Below, in pieces: positions 1 through 13,942 of a stretch of DNA of 64,000 nt. This DNA is from Octopus vulgaris (Eukaryota). The DNA lies in the NCBI GenBank assembly GCA_951406725.2, contig OX597819.1, positions 33,418,001 through 33,482,000 of the forward strand. Reading direction: 5' to 3'. A program made the translations under genes and the position numbers. The notes under the pieces were generated by a model. It made no database searches and was not told the origin of the DNA. It was given only the letters and a program-made list of their open reading frames with translations. Position 1 is the stretch's first letter, and the number at the start of each line of letters is the position of its first letter.

Positions 1-569
1 TGTATCTCACCTGTGACGGACTGGCATACTATCCAGGTGGGGAGCCTATATGACAAGGAAACCGGGAAACCGGCCCTTATGAGCCAGGCATGGCTTGAGA
101 AGGAAAAAGAACTTGTGCCGGTGCTGTGTTAATACACTTGTGCTGGTGCTACGTAAAAGTACCTGTGCTGGTAGCATTGTAAAACGCACCTAGAGAATTC
201 TATTAAGTGGTTGGCATTAGGAAGGGCATCCAGCCATAGAAACCATCCCTCAACAGGCAATTGTAGTCTGGACAGTTCTCTGCTAGTCAGCTCCATATCA
301 AGCTGTCCAACCCATGCCAGCATGGGAAAGAGGATACTAAATGATGATGATGATAATAGGATTTTTTAAACATCGAATGTCTATGAAGGGTTCATCTGAG
401 TAAAATAGAAATCAAAGGGGTCATAGGTAAAGAATCATTGAGTAACATATGAACAAAAAATGATGGCAATGATGGTAACAGTAGCACCAAAGGCAACAAC
501 TGATAACATTATATTATGGCCAAGTTCAAAGTTAAAAGCCAACAGGCACAAATATACATAATATCTTAG

Positions 570-960
570 TCTTTTATCTTTTACTTGTTTCGGTTATTAG
601 ACGTGGCCATTTTGGGGCACCACCTTGAAGCATGGCACTGCCTAGTTGATTGAACCAACACTAGTACTTGTAGGTTTTTAAGCCAGATATTTATTCTATT
701 GATCAGTTTTGCAGAATTGCAAAGTTACAGAGACATAAACACACCAACACTGGTTATCAAGTGGTGGAGGGAGTCCAAAGACACACACACACACATATGA
801 CAAGGTTCTTTCAGTTTCTGTCTACCAAATCCACTCACAAGGCTTTGGTTAACCTGATGCTGTATAGTAGAAGACACTGACGCAACGTACCACACATTAC
901 AACTGAACCTGAAACCATGTAGTTGGGAAGCAAGCTTCTTACTACACAGCCACTCCTGTG
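570..960 (-). mobile_element. SINE family A (diverged)
   Basis: Reverse-complement similarity to 5102-5520. Confidence 0.8.
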
Positions 961-988
961 ACTATATCAATAAAGGGGTAAAGGGTAA

Positions 989-1290
989 AGGCCCTCTTCG
1001 GTCATGAATGACCATGGGATTGCACCTAGAAAGTTACCCTCCTAGACACAAGTCCGGGCAAGGTTGTTTATGGAAACCCAGCAGTCGCCCATGCATACCA
1101 GCCTCCCCACTCCATGCCACCAGTGTCATCCAAGGGAAAGACAAAGGTCAATACAGCTTGGCACCTGTGACGTCGCAACTCATTTCTACAGCTGAGTGAA
1201 CTGGAGCAACGTGAAATAAAGTGCCTTGCTCAAGAACACAACATGCAGCCAGGTCCGGGATTCGAGCTCACAACCTCACGATCGTAAGCT
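989..1290 (-). mobile_element. SINE family B
   Basis: Reverse complement of 6769-7101. Confidence 0.85.
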
Positions 1291-1388
1291 CAATGATACT
1301 TTAAAAACATGAGTTAACTGTCCATTTTGCTATTGTCTAACATAAGTAAAAAAATGTATCTGAGACAGTCTTTTTTATTTCTTGTTTA

Positions 1389-1592
<204 letters not shown>

Positions 1593-1667
1593 TTAAACTT
1601 GAAATGATTAGTTGATTAGTACTATTTAAGTCACTTTGAAATCGAGCTGTTATTTTATATAGGAAAT

Positions 1668-2345
1668 CCCCACCACCACCACTGTTGCCACTAGCACCCT
1701 CACTACCTGTCACCACCACCATTGTCATCACCACAATTGCCACTGTCCATACCACCACCATTTTGCTGCCACCATCACCACCACCACCACCACCACCGCC
1801 ACCACTACTGTTGCCACTACCACCACCACCACCACCACCATCACCACTACCACCACCACCACCGCCACCACTACTGTTGCCACTACCACCACCACCACCA
1901 CCACCACCACCACCACCACCACCACCACCACCACCACCACCACCACCACCACCACCATCACCACCACCACTGTTGCCACTACCACCATCACCACCACCAC
2001 CACCACCACTACTGTTGCCACTATCCACGACCACGACCACGACCACCATCACCGCCATCACTACTGTTGCCACTACCAGTATCAGCACCACCACCACCAC
2101 CACCATTGTCATCATCACAACACAATTGCCACCATCCCCACTATCACCATCACTGCTGTCACCACTGTACCATTGCTGTCATCACTGTCACCAACATAGC
2201 TTTGGTCACCACCACCATCACCACCAACACCACTGTGATCACAACCACCACCACTGTTGCCATAGTCACCACCACCACTACAACCATCACTGCCGGCACC
2301 ACCAGCACCACCATTGCCAACATCATTATCATTATCACTACGACT
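1668..2345. repeat. (CCA)n/(CAC)n compound microsatellite
   Basis: Visible trinucleotide tract; source of the poly-Pro/His/Gly ORFs. Confidence 0.95.
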
Positions 2346-2653
2346 CAAATCTTTAGCAGCATTTTGTCTGTATTTGTGACCTGAGTTCAAACTCCTGTGA
2401 GGTCGACTGCCTTTCATTCATTCAGGGACAGTAAAATAAGTATCAGTCAAACTCTGTGTTTGATGCAAGAGACTTCCAAGTCCCCTTGAAATTACTAAAA
2501 AGCACCATCTGAATGTGGTTGATATGAGTGCCCCCTCTCCCCTCATCCCTGACTGGCTCCTGTGCCCAAAGCATGTAAAAAGCACCTTCTGAACGTGATC
2601 GAAGCCAGTGCCCCCTGACTGGTTCCTGTTATGGTGACACATAAAAATATATA

Positions 2654-3028
2654 CTCTTTTACTTTTTTACTTGTTTCAGTCATGTGACTGTGGCCATGCT
2701 GGAGCACTGCCTTTAGTTGAGCAAATCGACCCCAGGACTTATTCTTTGTAAGTCTAGTACTTATTCTATCGGTCTCTCATGCCGAACCGCTAAGTTACGG
2801 GGATGTAAACACACCAGCATCAGTTGTCAAGCGATGTTGGGGGGGAACAAACACACACACATACATATATATGACGAGCTTCTTTCAGTTTCCATCTACC
2901 AAATCCACTCACAAGGCTTTGGTCGGCCCGAGGCTATAGTAGAAGACACTTGCCCAAGGTGCCACATAGTGGGACTGAACCCGGAACCATGTGGTTGGTA
3001 AGCAAGCTACTTACCACACAGCCACTCC
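2654..3028 (-). mobile_element. SINE family A
   Basis: Near-consensus copy; second copy at 3380-3799. Confidence 0.88.
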
Positions 3029-3123
3029 TTTATAAATATATTTTTATATCTTTATACTTGTTCTGCAACACATTGAAATACAATGCTTCAAAAACAAACT
3101 TGTGCTTGTTTACAGGTGACATA

Positions 3124-3176
<53 letters not shown>

Positions 3177-3834
3177 GGTGGTGAGCTGGAAGAATCTTTA
3201 CCATGCCGGGCAAAATGCATAGCAGCATTTCTTCTGGTTCCTTACGTTCTGAGTTCAAATGATGTTGAAGTTGACTTGATATTTTATCCTTTTGGGTTTG
3301 ACAAAAATAAGCACCAGTCCAGCATTGAGTCTATACTTTTCTTTCTCTCACAGTTGGTCCCTGCCCCCATACATTATCATTTACTTTTTGTTTTTTTTTA
3401 TTTGTTACTTGTTTCAGTCATTAGACTGCGGCAATGCTGGAGCACCACCTTGAAGTTTCTTTGTCAAAGGAATCAAACCCAGTACTTATTTTTTAATATC
3501 TTTTTGTTAAGCCTTTTACTTATTCTATCGGTCTCTTGTGCTGAACTGCTAAGTTATGGAGGCATAAATGCGCCAAAACCAGTTGTCAAGTGGTAGTGGG
3601 GGACAAACACAGACACAAAGACACACATATATATGCAATGTGATTGTTTCAGTTTCCGTCTACCAAATCCACTCACAAGGTTTTGGAGAGTCTAGGGATG
3701 TAGCAAAAGACACTTGTCCAAGATGTCACACAGTGGGACTGAACCCAGAATCATGTAGTTGGTAAGCAAACTTCTTACCACACAGCCACTCCTGCACCTG
3801 TGTTATATAAACAACTAGCGACTGGCTATACCTT

Positions 3835-4222
3835 AGCCGGTGGCATGAAAAAAGCACTATCTGAATGTAGTCGATGCCAGGTCCGCCTAACTAGCTCCTG
3901 TGCCAGTGGCACATAAAAACACCATCTGAATGTGGTTGATGCCAGTGTTGCCTGACAGGCTCCTGAGCCAATGGCACATAAAAAGCACTATCTGAACATG
4001 ATCGATGTCAGGGCCACCTGACTGACTCTCGTGCTGATGGCATGTAAAAAGCACCCACTGCACGCTCAAAGTGGTTGGTGTGAGGAAGGGCATCCAGCTG
4101 TAGAAATCTTTCCAGATCAGATTGGAGCCTGGTGTAGCTGCTGGCTTTCCAAACCTCAGTCAAACTGTCCAACCCATGCCAGCATGGAAAATGGACGTTG
4201 AACAATGAAGATGATGATGATA

Positions 4223-4308
<86 letters not shown>

Positions 4309-4310
4309 AC
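3835..4310 (+). mobile_element. Family E copy with internal ~66-bp tandem repeats
   Basis: Three to four units of gcc(r)gtggcac(r)taaaaagcac...gctcct before the common core; long (GAT)n tail. Confidence 0.75.
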
Positions 4311-5041
4311 AGCTGGCACCTGTCTATGCATTAGACAGAAAGATGGAGAACTCTGCTAATATGCTACAAAGCTCCACAAAAAATGTAGTCCTGGGCATAA
4401 CTTTCAAAGAGATAATACCTTCATAAATCAAGGCATATCACAAAATTCAATAGAATTGGTTTTGTTTTAACATTCTGACAAATATGAAGTATTATAAATG
4501 GTGTTTTCAGTATTTTTCAGAGATTAAGAGAATTTAAAGATTAAGCTATGTCAACTCATTGACAAGAGGCTGGAGGTCAGATAGCTTCTGATGTCTGAAA
4601 CTGGTTGCTGTTCCATTCACAAAGCTTCCCCACCTATGTGAATGGCTTGTTTTAACATTGAAACATTGTGGAGTTTGATAATAGTGATGATGATAATGGT
4701 ATTAATTGTGAACTTATAGTAGTAACAGCAGGGATGGTGGTGATAAGAATGGAGATGTTAATGATGCTTTGTCTAAATCCAACCCTGATCAAGCAGGCTT
4801 ATGATTGAAGGTGAGGTGAGTCAACCATTAATATTTGGTCCTTTTTAAGGGTGTACAAGGCTATATATATGATCAACTACTTCCTTCCTTGTTTAAGATA
4901 GAAGCTTGTAATTTGGGAGAGATTTAGCTAATATGTCCAGCAGACCAAGCAACCACACTGAAGGACTCTCTGTGGTAGTAGTGATGATGATGATGATGAT
5001 GACAATGGTAATACTATCAGAAGTAAAAGCAGAGTTATTGT

Positions 5042-5075
<34 letters not shown>

Positions 5076-5101
5076 AAAACATTCTAAAAAATCCAACAAT
5101 G

Positions 5102-5520
5102 AGGCATAGAAGTGGCTGTGTGGTAAGTAGCTTGCTTATGAACCACATGGTTCTGGGTTCTGTCCCACTGCGTGACACCTTGGGCAAGTGTCTTCTACTA
5201 TAGCCTCAGGCCGACCAAAGCCTTGTGAGTGGATTTGGTAGACGGAAACTGAAAGAATCGTGTCATATATATGTATATACATGTGTGTGAGTGCATGTGT
5301 GTGTGTGTGTGTGTCTGTGTTTGTCCCCCCCCCCCCAACATCGCTTGACAACCGATGCTGGTGTTACGTCCCCGTAACTTAGCAGTTTGGCATAAAGAGT
5401 CCGATAGAGTAAGTACTAGGCTTACAAAGAATAAGTCCTGGGGTCGATTTGCTCAACTAAAGGCAGTGCTCCAGCATGGCCACAGTCAAATGACTGAAAC
5501 AAGTAAAAGAGTAAAAAGAG
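5102..5520 (+). mobile_element. tRNA-derived CORE-like SINE, family A (full length)
   Basis: A box tggctgtgtggt, B box ggttctgtcc, CORE-like ccttgggcaagtgtctt, internal (TA/TG)n, tail gaaacaagtaaaagag; about 20 copies in the window. Confidence 0.88.
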
Positions 5521-5786
5521 TAATGACATCAAGCTAAATATTAGTTTCTCATTTTGGCACAAGGTCAGTAATTTCAGGAAAGTGGGTAAGTTGATTACAT
5601 CAACCCCAGTGTTTAACTGGTACTCTTTGATCCCGAAAGGATGAAAAGCAAAGCTGACTACAATAGAATTTGAACTCAAAATGTATAGACGGATGAAATG
5701 CCACGAAGTATTTAGCTAAATATGCTAACGATTCTGCCAGCTTGCCACCTTCATCAAACCAAATATTAAAAAACACCTGCTCTCAC

Positions 5787-5911
5787 CTCTGTTCTGATCC
5801 AGTCAAGTGAGTCTGATATTTTTCAGGATAAAATTTCTTCTGTACAGTCTGTAGTTGTTGACAGTTACTTAAATCCTTGCTGGGATCAACTTTGGCATCA
5901 CCAAATTCTAT
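5787..5911 (-). CDS. PLEKHH2: Internal coding exon of a PLEKHH1/2 (MAX-1)-like PH-MyTH4-FERM protein, FERM B-lobe
   Basis: Minus strand: polypyrimidine tract ...ttttttaaccattccAG|, 125-nt open exon IEFGDAKVDPSKDLSNCQQLQTVQKKFYPEKYQTHLTGSEQ(R), donor |GTGAGA. From memory it resembles PLEKHH2 'QVEIGD...VIEKFYPKRYR...EEQLR'. Phase-2 end matches the next exon. PLEKHH1 vs PLEKHH2 orthology not resolvable. Confidence 0.88.
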
Positions 5912-6385
5912 CTGGAATGGTTAAAAAAAAAACAAAAACAATTCAATTTAATTAAAAAAATATATAATTTGTTCACTGATTAATTCAAAATTAGCAACAA
6001 AAGGAAACAAGGGAAATTTCTTACAAAGTTTGTGATACAGGTTGTAATAAAGATTATGACAGAGAAGGTCATCTTTCTAAGAGAGCTGAATTATGATTTG
6101 GACAAATGAAATATAACATACACTATAACAGACAATCAATAGGATAGCATATGGACATACAATAGGACCACAGGTACAACACCAGCTTCCCAGACACTGA
6201 TGGTGTGGAACTTCTTATAATCTGCACTAATTTCTGAGCAGGAACTTCAAGTTCTTGTGCCTGCCATACTAGTTTACTAGTCCCTCGAACAGTACAGTAT
6301 TAACAGACCTGTTATTTTTAAAATACTAATGTACAGGTTCCTGTATTTCATTTAATTATTCAAGTAAATTTGGTAATTGTTTGAT

Positions 6386-6613
6386 TTAACCCTTTAGTGT
6401 TTAAACTGGCCATATCCGGACCAAATATTCTATATGTTTTATATTCAAACTGGTGATATCTGGTCACTCACCCCTAATCTACACTGACATTCAAAAAATA
6501 AACAATCACATCACTGAAACCTCAAAGCTATAAGATAATGTATGATTAATTCAAAACAATTTGAGTAAAAAAATATTACAGTTAACTGAGTAATCTGAAC
6601 ACTAAAGGGTTAA
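6386..6613. mobile_element. TTAA-flanked piggyBac-like MITE, family F
   Basis: TTAA-CCCTTTAG...CTAAAGGG-TTAA; copies at 9648-9868, 37827-38056, 38888-39180, 39176-39330, 43722-44374. Confidence 0.78.
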
Positions 6614-6768
6614 GGTGTGTTGACCAAGGTAACCAGCCAGCCAGCCAGCCAGCCCTGATTTGGAAAAATCAGTAAGCTGGAAAAGCTGTAGGACCAAAGC
6701 TTCCAGAAAATCAATGTTGTACCTGTATGTTACTGAATAAATTACTATGTAATAGAATAAATAGTAAA

Positions 6769-7101
6769 GGTGCATGGCTCAGTGGTTAGAGTGTTGAGGT
6801 TACGATCGCAAGGTTGTGGGTTCGAATCCCAGACCGGGCTGCGTGTTGTGTTCTTGAGCAAGACCCTTTATTTCATGTCGCTCCAGTTCACCCAGCTGTA
6901 GAAAGGAGTTGCGATATCACAGGTGCCAAGCTGTATCGGCCTTTGCCTTTCCCTTGCATAACACTGGTGGCATGGAGAGAGGAGGCTGGTATGCATGGGC
7001 GACTGATGGTCTTCCATAAACAACCTTGCCTGGACTTGTGCCTTGGAGGGTAAATTTCTAGGTGCAATCCCATGATCAGTGTCGTAACTGAAGGGGGTCT
7101 C
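6769..7101 (+). mobile_element. tRNA(Arg)-like SINE, family B
   Basis: Head ggtgcatggctcagtggttagag...ttACGat...ggttcgaatccc; TSD aatagaataaat (6751-6762 / 7105-7116). Other copies on minus: 989-1290, 8250-8344, 11350-11573, 49278-49595, 54224-54492. Confidence 0.88.
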
Positions 7102-7717
7102 AGCAATAGAATAAATTACTATACATGATGATAAAAGTACAAATATGATAATATGATGGATTATACGACTAAATAAATAAAACCCTAGGACAGTGTGGTA
7201 GACAGCAGGTCAGACAGTACATAAAACATACATGAAATTAGACAAAGTCACATTCATATAAGAGAGAGAAGGGGGTGAGAGAGAGGGTGAGAGAAAGAGA
7301 AAGAGAGAAAGAGAGAAAGAGAGAGAGAGATGAAATATTAGAAATCAATTCAAATTAAGATAGATGTATTTTCTGAAGTCATGTCTAACCTAAGTAATTC
7401 TTGTTCCAACCACAAACCAAAGCTTCATCACTTAAAGATGCACTTTAATAAGATTTCGACACCATGAATACATTTAATATCATTACTCCTGTCATACCTG
7501 TTACCTCTTCCCACTTCACATCACTGCCACTACCACCACCACTGGTGCAACCATCACCACCCCAATTTATAGAACTTGTTTTTTTCCATTTGTCTGTTCA
7601 GCACAATGTCTTCTGTCTACTAATTTTGTACTTGCTCCTTCTTGAGGCCCACTACTCTAAAGTTTCACCTATTTCATATGAAGTCCCTCTTTTTTTAATT
7701 AATTAATTATTTGATTT

Positions 7718-7942
7718 ATCTTTTATCTTTTACTTGCTTCAGTCATTTGATTGCAGCCATGCTGGAGCACCCCGCTGAAATTTTTGTTGAATAATTCAAC
7801 CCCAGTTCTTATTTTTTATGTCTGGTACATATTCTATCGGTTTCTTTTGCTGAACTGCTAAGTTACAAGGAAGCAAACACACCAACACCAGTTGTCAAAC
7901 AGTAATGGGGTGACAAACACACATGAAGACATGCTCGTATCG

Positions 7943-7973
<31 letters not shown>

Positions 7974-8122
7974 ACAGGCTTCTTTCAATTTCCATCTACC
8001 AAATCCACTCATAAGGCTTTGGTCAGCCCAAGGCTATAGCAGAAGACACTTGCCCATGGGACTGAACTCAGAACCATGTGGTTGGGAAGCAAGTTTCTGG
8101 CCACACAGCCATGCCTGTGCCT
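7718..8122 (-). mobile_element. SINE family A
   Basis: Similarity to family A; a diverged + copy lies at 8912-9250. Confidence 0.85.
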
Positions 8123-8628
8123 AATTAATTAATTAATTAAAGAACAAGGAAAAGAATTATTGGTTTTGATCTATGGTTTTGGTGAAAATGATGTATAGTA
8201 GTGGTGTTGAGTTAATTTTAGAAATCAATTCAAATTAAGATAGATGTATTCTTGCTCAAGAACACAACACACAGCCAGGTCTGGGATTCAAACTCACAAC
8301 CTTGCGATCGTAAGCTCAACGCTCTAACCACTGAGCCATGCACCTACAAGAATTGTATGAAAAGTATAAGGGAGAAATCCCTGCGGAATTTTAATACTGG
8401 GGGAAATAGGAATGGGTGAAGTGTTTCATGTGCAACATGGGAGCAAACTAATAAAGAATTTGGGTAGAAAGAGGGTTTGCAGATCAGGTGGGCCTGAGTA
8501 GACAGAAAGTTTGTGGATTGATAGCTTAGTGTGGTAGAGTTGTTGTAATAGAGACAGAAAAGGTAAATAAACGAAACCATCCGTGAATCTGATGATTAGA
8601 CTACATTGGTGAGTGGGTCACATAACTT

Positions 8629-8861
8629 AAGGCGGCGAGCTGGCAGATATGTTAGCACACCGGGCAAAATGTGTAGCCGTATTTCGTCTGCCGTTACGTT
8701 CTGAGTTCAAATTCCGCCGAGGTCGACTTTGCCTTTTATCCTTTCTGGGTCGATAAATAAAGTACCAGTTTCGCACTGGGGTCTATGTAATCGACTTAAT
8801 CCCTTTGTCTGTCCTTGTTTGTCCCCTCTATGTTTAGCCCCTTGTGGGTAGTAAAGAAATA
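8629..8861 (+). mobile_element. SINE family D
   Basis: aaggcggcgagctggcag...gagttcaaattccgccgaggtcgactttgcctttcatcc...; diverged copies at 2380, 3175, 5545 (-), 10965, 37495, 55182, 58330, 59848. Confidence 0.85.
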
Positions 8862-10279
8862 CATATAACTATAACTCTGTGTTTTACATGTAGATTGTGA
8901 CCAAATGTAATGCAGGCATGGCTAAGAAACTCATTTGGCAACTATGTGGTTTCAGGTTCAGTCCTATAGCATGGCAACAGGGAAAAGTGTTTTCTACAAC
9001 TTGTATAGCCCCAGGCTGACCATTTGCCTTGTGAGTGAATTTGGTAGATAGAAACTGTGTAGAAGCCCATTGAGTGTGTGTGTGTGATAACCAGTGTTAT
9101 TTTGTTTACATCCCGTAACTTAGTGCTCTGGCAAAATAATAAATACCAAACTTAGAAAGTAAGTACTTGGAAAAATTTGTCCAAATCCTTCAAAGCAGTG
9201 ACCCTTCCTGGTTGCTAGTCCAGTGACCGAAACAAATAATAGATAAAAGATATACACTCACACACACACACACACACACACACAAATGCACGTTCATATG
9301 TACTCCACAGGGAAATCACTTACACAAAACTGTGAAATGAATTATCAACTATATGTGAAAGACACACGAAACGTGAATTCTATAATTATTAAAAGCAACT
9401 TTACAGGTAACCATGAAACTGCTACTAAAACTAATGAAGCATTCAGAAATGATATAGTGCTTCCACTGTTTGTAATATGGAGCTGTAATACCATATAGTA
9501 CCTAATTACAGTTAAGTGGCCTGGACTATTTCACAGTGACATTATCTTGGCTAGTTTTCATCATACAAACCATTAGTTCTTCTATGAATACTCTGATATC
9601 TGATATTGTATTGATTCAGCCACTCATCCTAAATAATATTTCATTTTAATCCCTGAGCATTTACACCAGCCATATCTGGCCCAAATATTCTACTTGTTTT
9701 ATGCCCAAACTGGCCAGATTTGGCCTCTCACACTTACTCAACAATGTCATATTAAAAATAAACAATCAATTCATAAAATATTTCAAAGTTATAAAGTATG
9801 ATTAATTCAAAACAATTTAAGTAAATAAGCATTACATTTGATTGAATAATCTGAATACTAAAGGGTTTATCACGTGGGAAGACAGACTAATGGCATTTAA
9901 TACTAGCACACAATAATACTAGCTTCAATATAATACTTTGTAACTAAATATTGATCAACTCATTCAAGCTATAAAAATTATACAAGGAATTATCAATATG
10001 TACTAAGTATAAGGTGGTGAGCTAGTAGAAGCATTACAGTGCTGGACAAAATACTCAATGGAATTTCCTCTGTCTTTATGTTTCCACGGAAATAATAGAA
10101 CATGCAATTCGCATATACATATATGTGTTTATGTATTATTATATACTCCCATTAATAGACAATTATCTATAATCATAAATGCTATAAAAGTTTATACAAA
10201 ACACTGGTTTTGCAAACCAAAATTAAATACTCCGTTTTTATAACTATATTTAAAGGTTACAAGTGACCAATCTTATGAC

Positions 10280-10688
10280 TAGCACCCAGCAGTTGCCAAT
10301 GCCACTGGACTGACTCCTGTGCAGATGGCAAGTAAAGAAACACTGTTTTGACCCTGTGCTTGAGGAGACCTACTGGGTTGGGTGCATCAACATCAAAATC
10401 AATGGAAATTGTAGTTGTGATCCCTGTGATCCCAGTGCCGGTGGCACGTAAAAAGCACCAACCGATCGTGGCCGTTGCCAGCCTCGCTTGGCACCTGTGC
10501 CGGTGGCACAAAACAAAACACCCACTACACTCACGGAGTGGTTGGCGTTAGGAAGGGCATCCAGCTGTAGAAACACTGCTAGATCAGACTGGAGCCTGGT
10601 GCAGCCTTCTGGCCCCCCAGATCCCGGTCGAACCATCCAACCCATGCTAGCATGGAAAACGGATGTTAAACAATGATGATGATGATGA
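10280..10688 (+). mobile_element. Short retroposon family E with (GAT)n tail, probably RTE-related 3' end
   Basis: Core gtggttggcgttaggaagggcatccagctgtagaaac...aacccatgctagcatggaaaacggatgttaaac(gat)n. Copies at 110-355, 3835-4310, 12315-12510 (-), 30890-31120 (-), 42810-43030 (-), 43296-43548 (-), 48928-49270 (-), 54010-54200. Confidence 0.78.
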
Positions 10689-10774
10689 GTGAATTGAACA
10701 CTTACAAAAGGTTTCCAAAACTCTTATTTAATCCAGTAAAACCTAATAATCTAATCTATCTATCTATCTATCTT

Positions 10775-10813
<39 letters not shown>

Positions 10814-10816
10814 CTA

Positions 10817-10855
<39 letters not shown>

Positions 10856-13800
10856 ATATATATCCAGACCATATCTAAAATAGGCTGAACTAAAAAAACA
10901 AACAAAATATAATAACCCTAAAAATCTGCCCAATCATTTCATATGGATACTTAACAGGACAACTTTATGTTCTGAGTTCAAATTCTGCCCAGGTCAACTT
11001 TGCTTTCAATCCTTTTGGGGGTCAATAAAATAAGTACCAGCTGAGTACTTGAGTCAATGTAATTGACTTTCCCCATCCCCCATAACTACTGGCCTTGTGC
11101 TAAAGTTTGAAATCAACATTTTTGTATTATTCTGAAACACAACGTGCATAGCAAACAATAAAGTTATTGTTACTCTTTTACCCTATTACTCGTTGCAGTC
11201 ATTTGACTGTGGCCATGCTGGAGCACCACCTTTAGTCAAGCAAATCGACCCCAGGACTTATTCTTTGTAAGCCTAGTACTTATTCTATTAGTCTCTTTTG
11301 CCGAACCACTAAGTTATGGGGATGTAAACACACCAGTGTTTACAAGCGATACCGGCCTCCCCTCTCCACGGCACCAGTGTTATCCAAGGGAAAGGAAAAG
11401 GCCGATACAGCTTGGCACTTGTGACATCGCAACTCATTTCTACAGCTGAGTGAACTGGAGCAATGTGAAATAAAGTGTCTTGCTCAAGGACATAAGACGC
11501 AGCCCGGTCCGGGATTCGAGCTCACAACCTCACGATCGTGAGCTCGATGCTCTAACCACTGAGCCATGCACCTTCACTTTAATGATAATAATAATGATAA
11601 TAATAATGATAATAATAATAATAATAACAACAACAACAACAACAACAACAACAATAATAATAATAATAACAATAATAATAATAATAATAACTAATTTCTT
11701 TTTTACCCTGTGTATCTGTTTCAAGTTATCTTTTTGATGTTCCTTTCATGTATTAAATATGTTGACAGTAGTTTACTTATAGCTTTTTAAATTGACCATG
11801 TGTTCATATTTATCAGCTGCGGATATGTATGTATGTATGATGCTGAACTATATATATATAGATCAAAGCGATAATCAGCCAAAATTCTGATCTAAACTCT
11901 GTAACACAATAAATCACCAAATGCATTTGAAGAACTAAATGATAATTTACCATTGTCAGAAATTACTTAATCAATGCCAACAAACGGGGAAAAAATGGAG
12001 ATTGAAATCGTTTGTATCCTAGAAAAGATTAAAATCTTTCTATCCCTGCTTTGTGCAAACTCTGCTTGTTTTATTAACGTTATTGAGATGTTGCTATAAT
12101 TCATGTGTTGTTCTGCTAGACCAAGACCCATATGACCCTTGAGGGTCCATGTATGATTTTTGAGGGCCTACACTAGCAAAATAGTAAATTGAGGATACAG
12201 AATAGTAATCATCAAAGTCCTTGAAAAAATTTTGCTTCAGATCAATTAAATACAAGAAACAGCTAAATTTCTTTCTTTAATATTTTAAATAGTTCAACCT
12301 ACACAAGTTAACATCATCATCATCATCATCAAGCGTCCATTGTCCATGCTGGTATGGGTTGGACAGTTTGACCAGAGCTAGTAAGCTGAGGGGCTGCACC
12401 ACCCTCCAGTCTGATTTGGAATGGTTTACACAGCTGGATGCCCTTCCTAATGCCAACCACACCAACAGTGTAATGGGTACTTTTACATGCTACCAGCACA
12501 GGTACCAGTTCTGTGACACCACAAAATAGGAATTTTGAAATGCTTATAAAAATCAAATGGCTATTAGGGGCCACCAGAGTAAAACAATAATCAAAGATAT
12601 CCATAAGGTAAAAAATGGTTAAGAACCACAGTACTAGACCTTGGATGCCAACAAGGTTTAACAGGCCCCAAAAGGACCCATTTGCTGGGATCCTCTGATG
12701 TCCTTTTCCCACCATTGAACATCTCAAAACTCAGCTGTTTGCTGCAACAGACACTTCAAGGCATTTCACCAAAATTGCCTGAAACTGCAGGAAGCAAACC
12801 ACCTTTGTTTATATTCCTTATAATTAGCGTGAATTTGACAATGATGATTATTTACGACCATTACATGAAGTCTGCACAAAAGTACACACACTTATACACA
12901 CACATACACACACAAATAAGATGAGTCTCTTTCAGCATCTGTCTACCAAATCCACTCAAAAGATTTTGGCCAGTTCAAGGCTTACAGTAAAAGACACTTG
13001 CCCTAGGAGCCACGCAGTGGAACTGTACCCATGCCCACTTGTTTGGGAACCCCACAGCCACACTATGTGTGTGTGTGTGTGCACACGTGCGTGTCTGTGT
13101 GTGTGTGTTCTGTCCTCTTTTCTGCACATGTTCAAGTCCCATGGCTACAAGATATAATATCGGACAATTTGCTGCTGATGAAGACTTTTGAGGGAGAAAT
13201 ATATGTACACAGTTCTCTTCTAATCACCTGACAATAAGCTTGTCCTTTTCTTTAATGGCAACTTAACTAAAGAGAGTTCTTTATTCCCCTTCTCATATGT
13301 TCCTGATCTTAATTACCAAATAGTAATTGTGATATACCTTCTAGAAGCAGAATTAATTTTATCAACTTCAGAATTTATATTGTAGAACATTTAGTATACT
13401 TTTATTTGTCTATGTTGTTTATAAATGTTTTCCGCTTTTTTTCTTTTTGCATATGCCTATGCCCCTTGGGTGTTGGATATAGATTAGGACAATTGTCATA
13501 TTGATGATGCTTACTTAGGTAGAAGCACATACCCATGACTGTCCTCTTATCAGACAATATGCATGTCCTTTTCTTTAGTGGCAAGTCAGCTTTCGAGAAA
13601 TTCTTCATTCTTGAGATTATTTGCTCCTCTCAAATGGAACTGGTTTCAATTGTCATTCAGTAATTGTGACACATACTCTAGATGCAGAGATGATTTTTAT
13701 AAAGCAAGAATTTATGTTGTATGGCATTTGGTATACCTGTTTTCGTCTCTGCTTTTTATATACATGCCATTGGCCAGTCTCGGATATTTCTCTAACTTCA

Positions 13801-13892
13801 TTTTGTCTATTTATCTATTTATCTCTCTCTTCCTCTCTCTCTCTCTCCCTCTCTCTCCCCTCTCTCTATCTCTGTCTGCCTGTATCTCTATG

Positions 13893-13935
<43 letters not shown>

Positions 13936-13942
13936 ATGTTAC

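Noticed and set aside
2717-3001. Recurrent ORFs ending ...QIHSQGFGRPEAIVEDTCPRCH
   Set aside because: Antisense translation of SINE A, not a gene family.
3835-4060. CRISPR-like repeat/spacer pattern
   Set aside because: Spacers are mutually homologous tandem units of a eukaryotic retroposon; no cas genes.
4558-4610. Possible decayed hammerhead (ttgacaa...gtctGAAActggtt)
   Set aside because: Two core mismatches and no clear stem I.
6769-6840. tRNA-Arg-like sequence (also in family C heads)
   Set aside because: SINE heads: acceptor stem not intact, and each continues into a SINE body with TSDs.
13170-13212. CTGATGA...GAAA-tatatg-TA hammerhead-like string
   Set aside because: Stems I and II do not pair.
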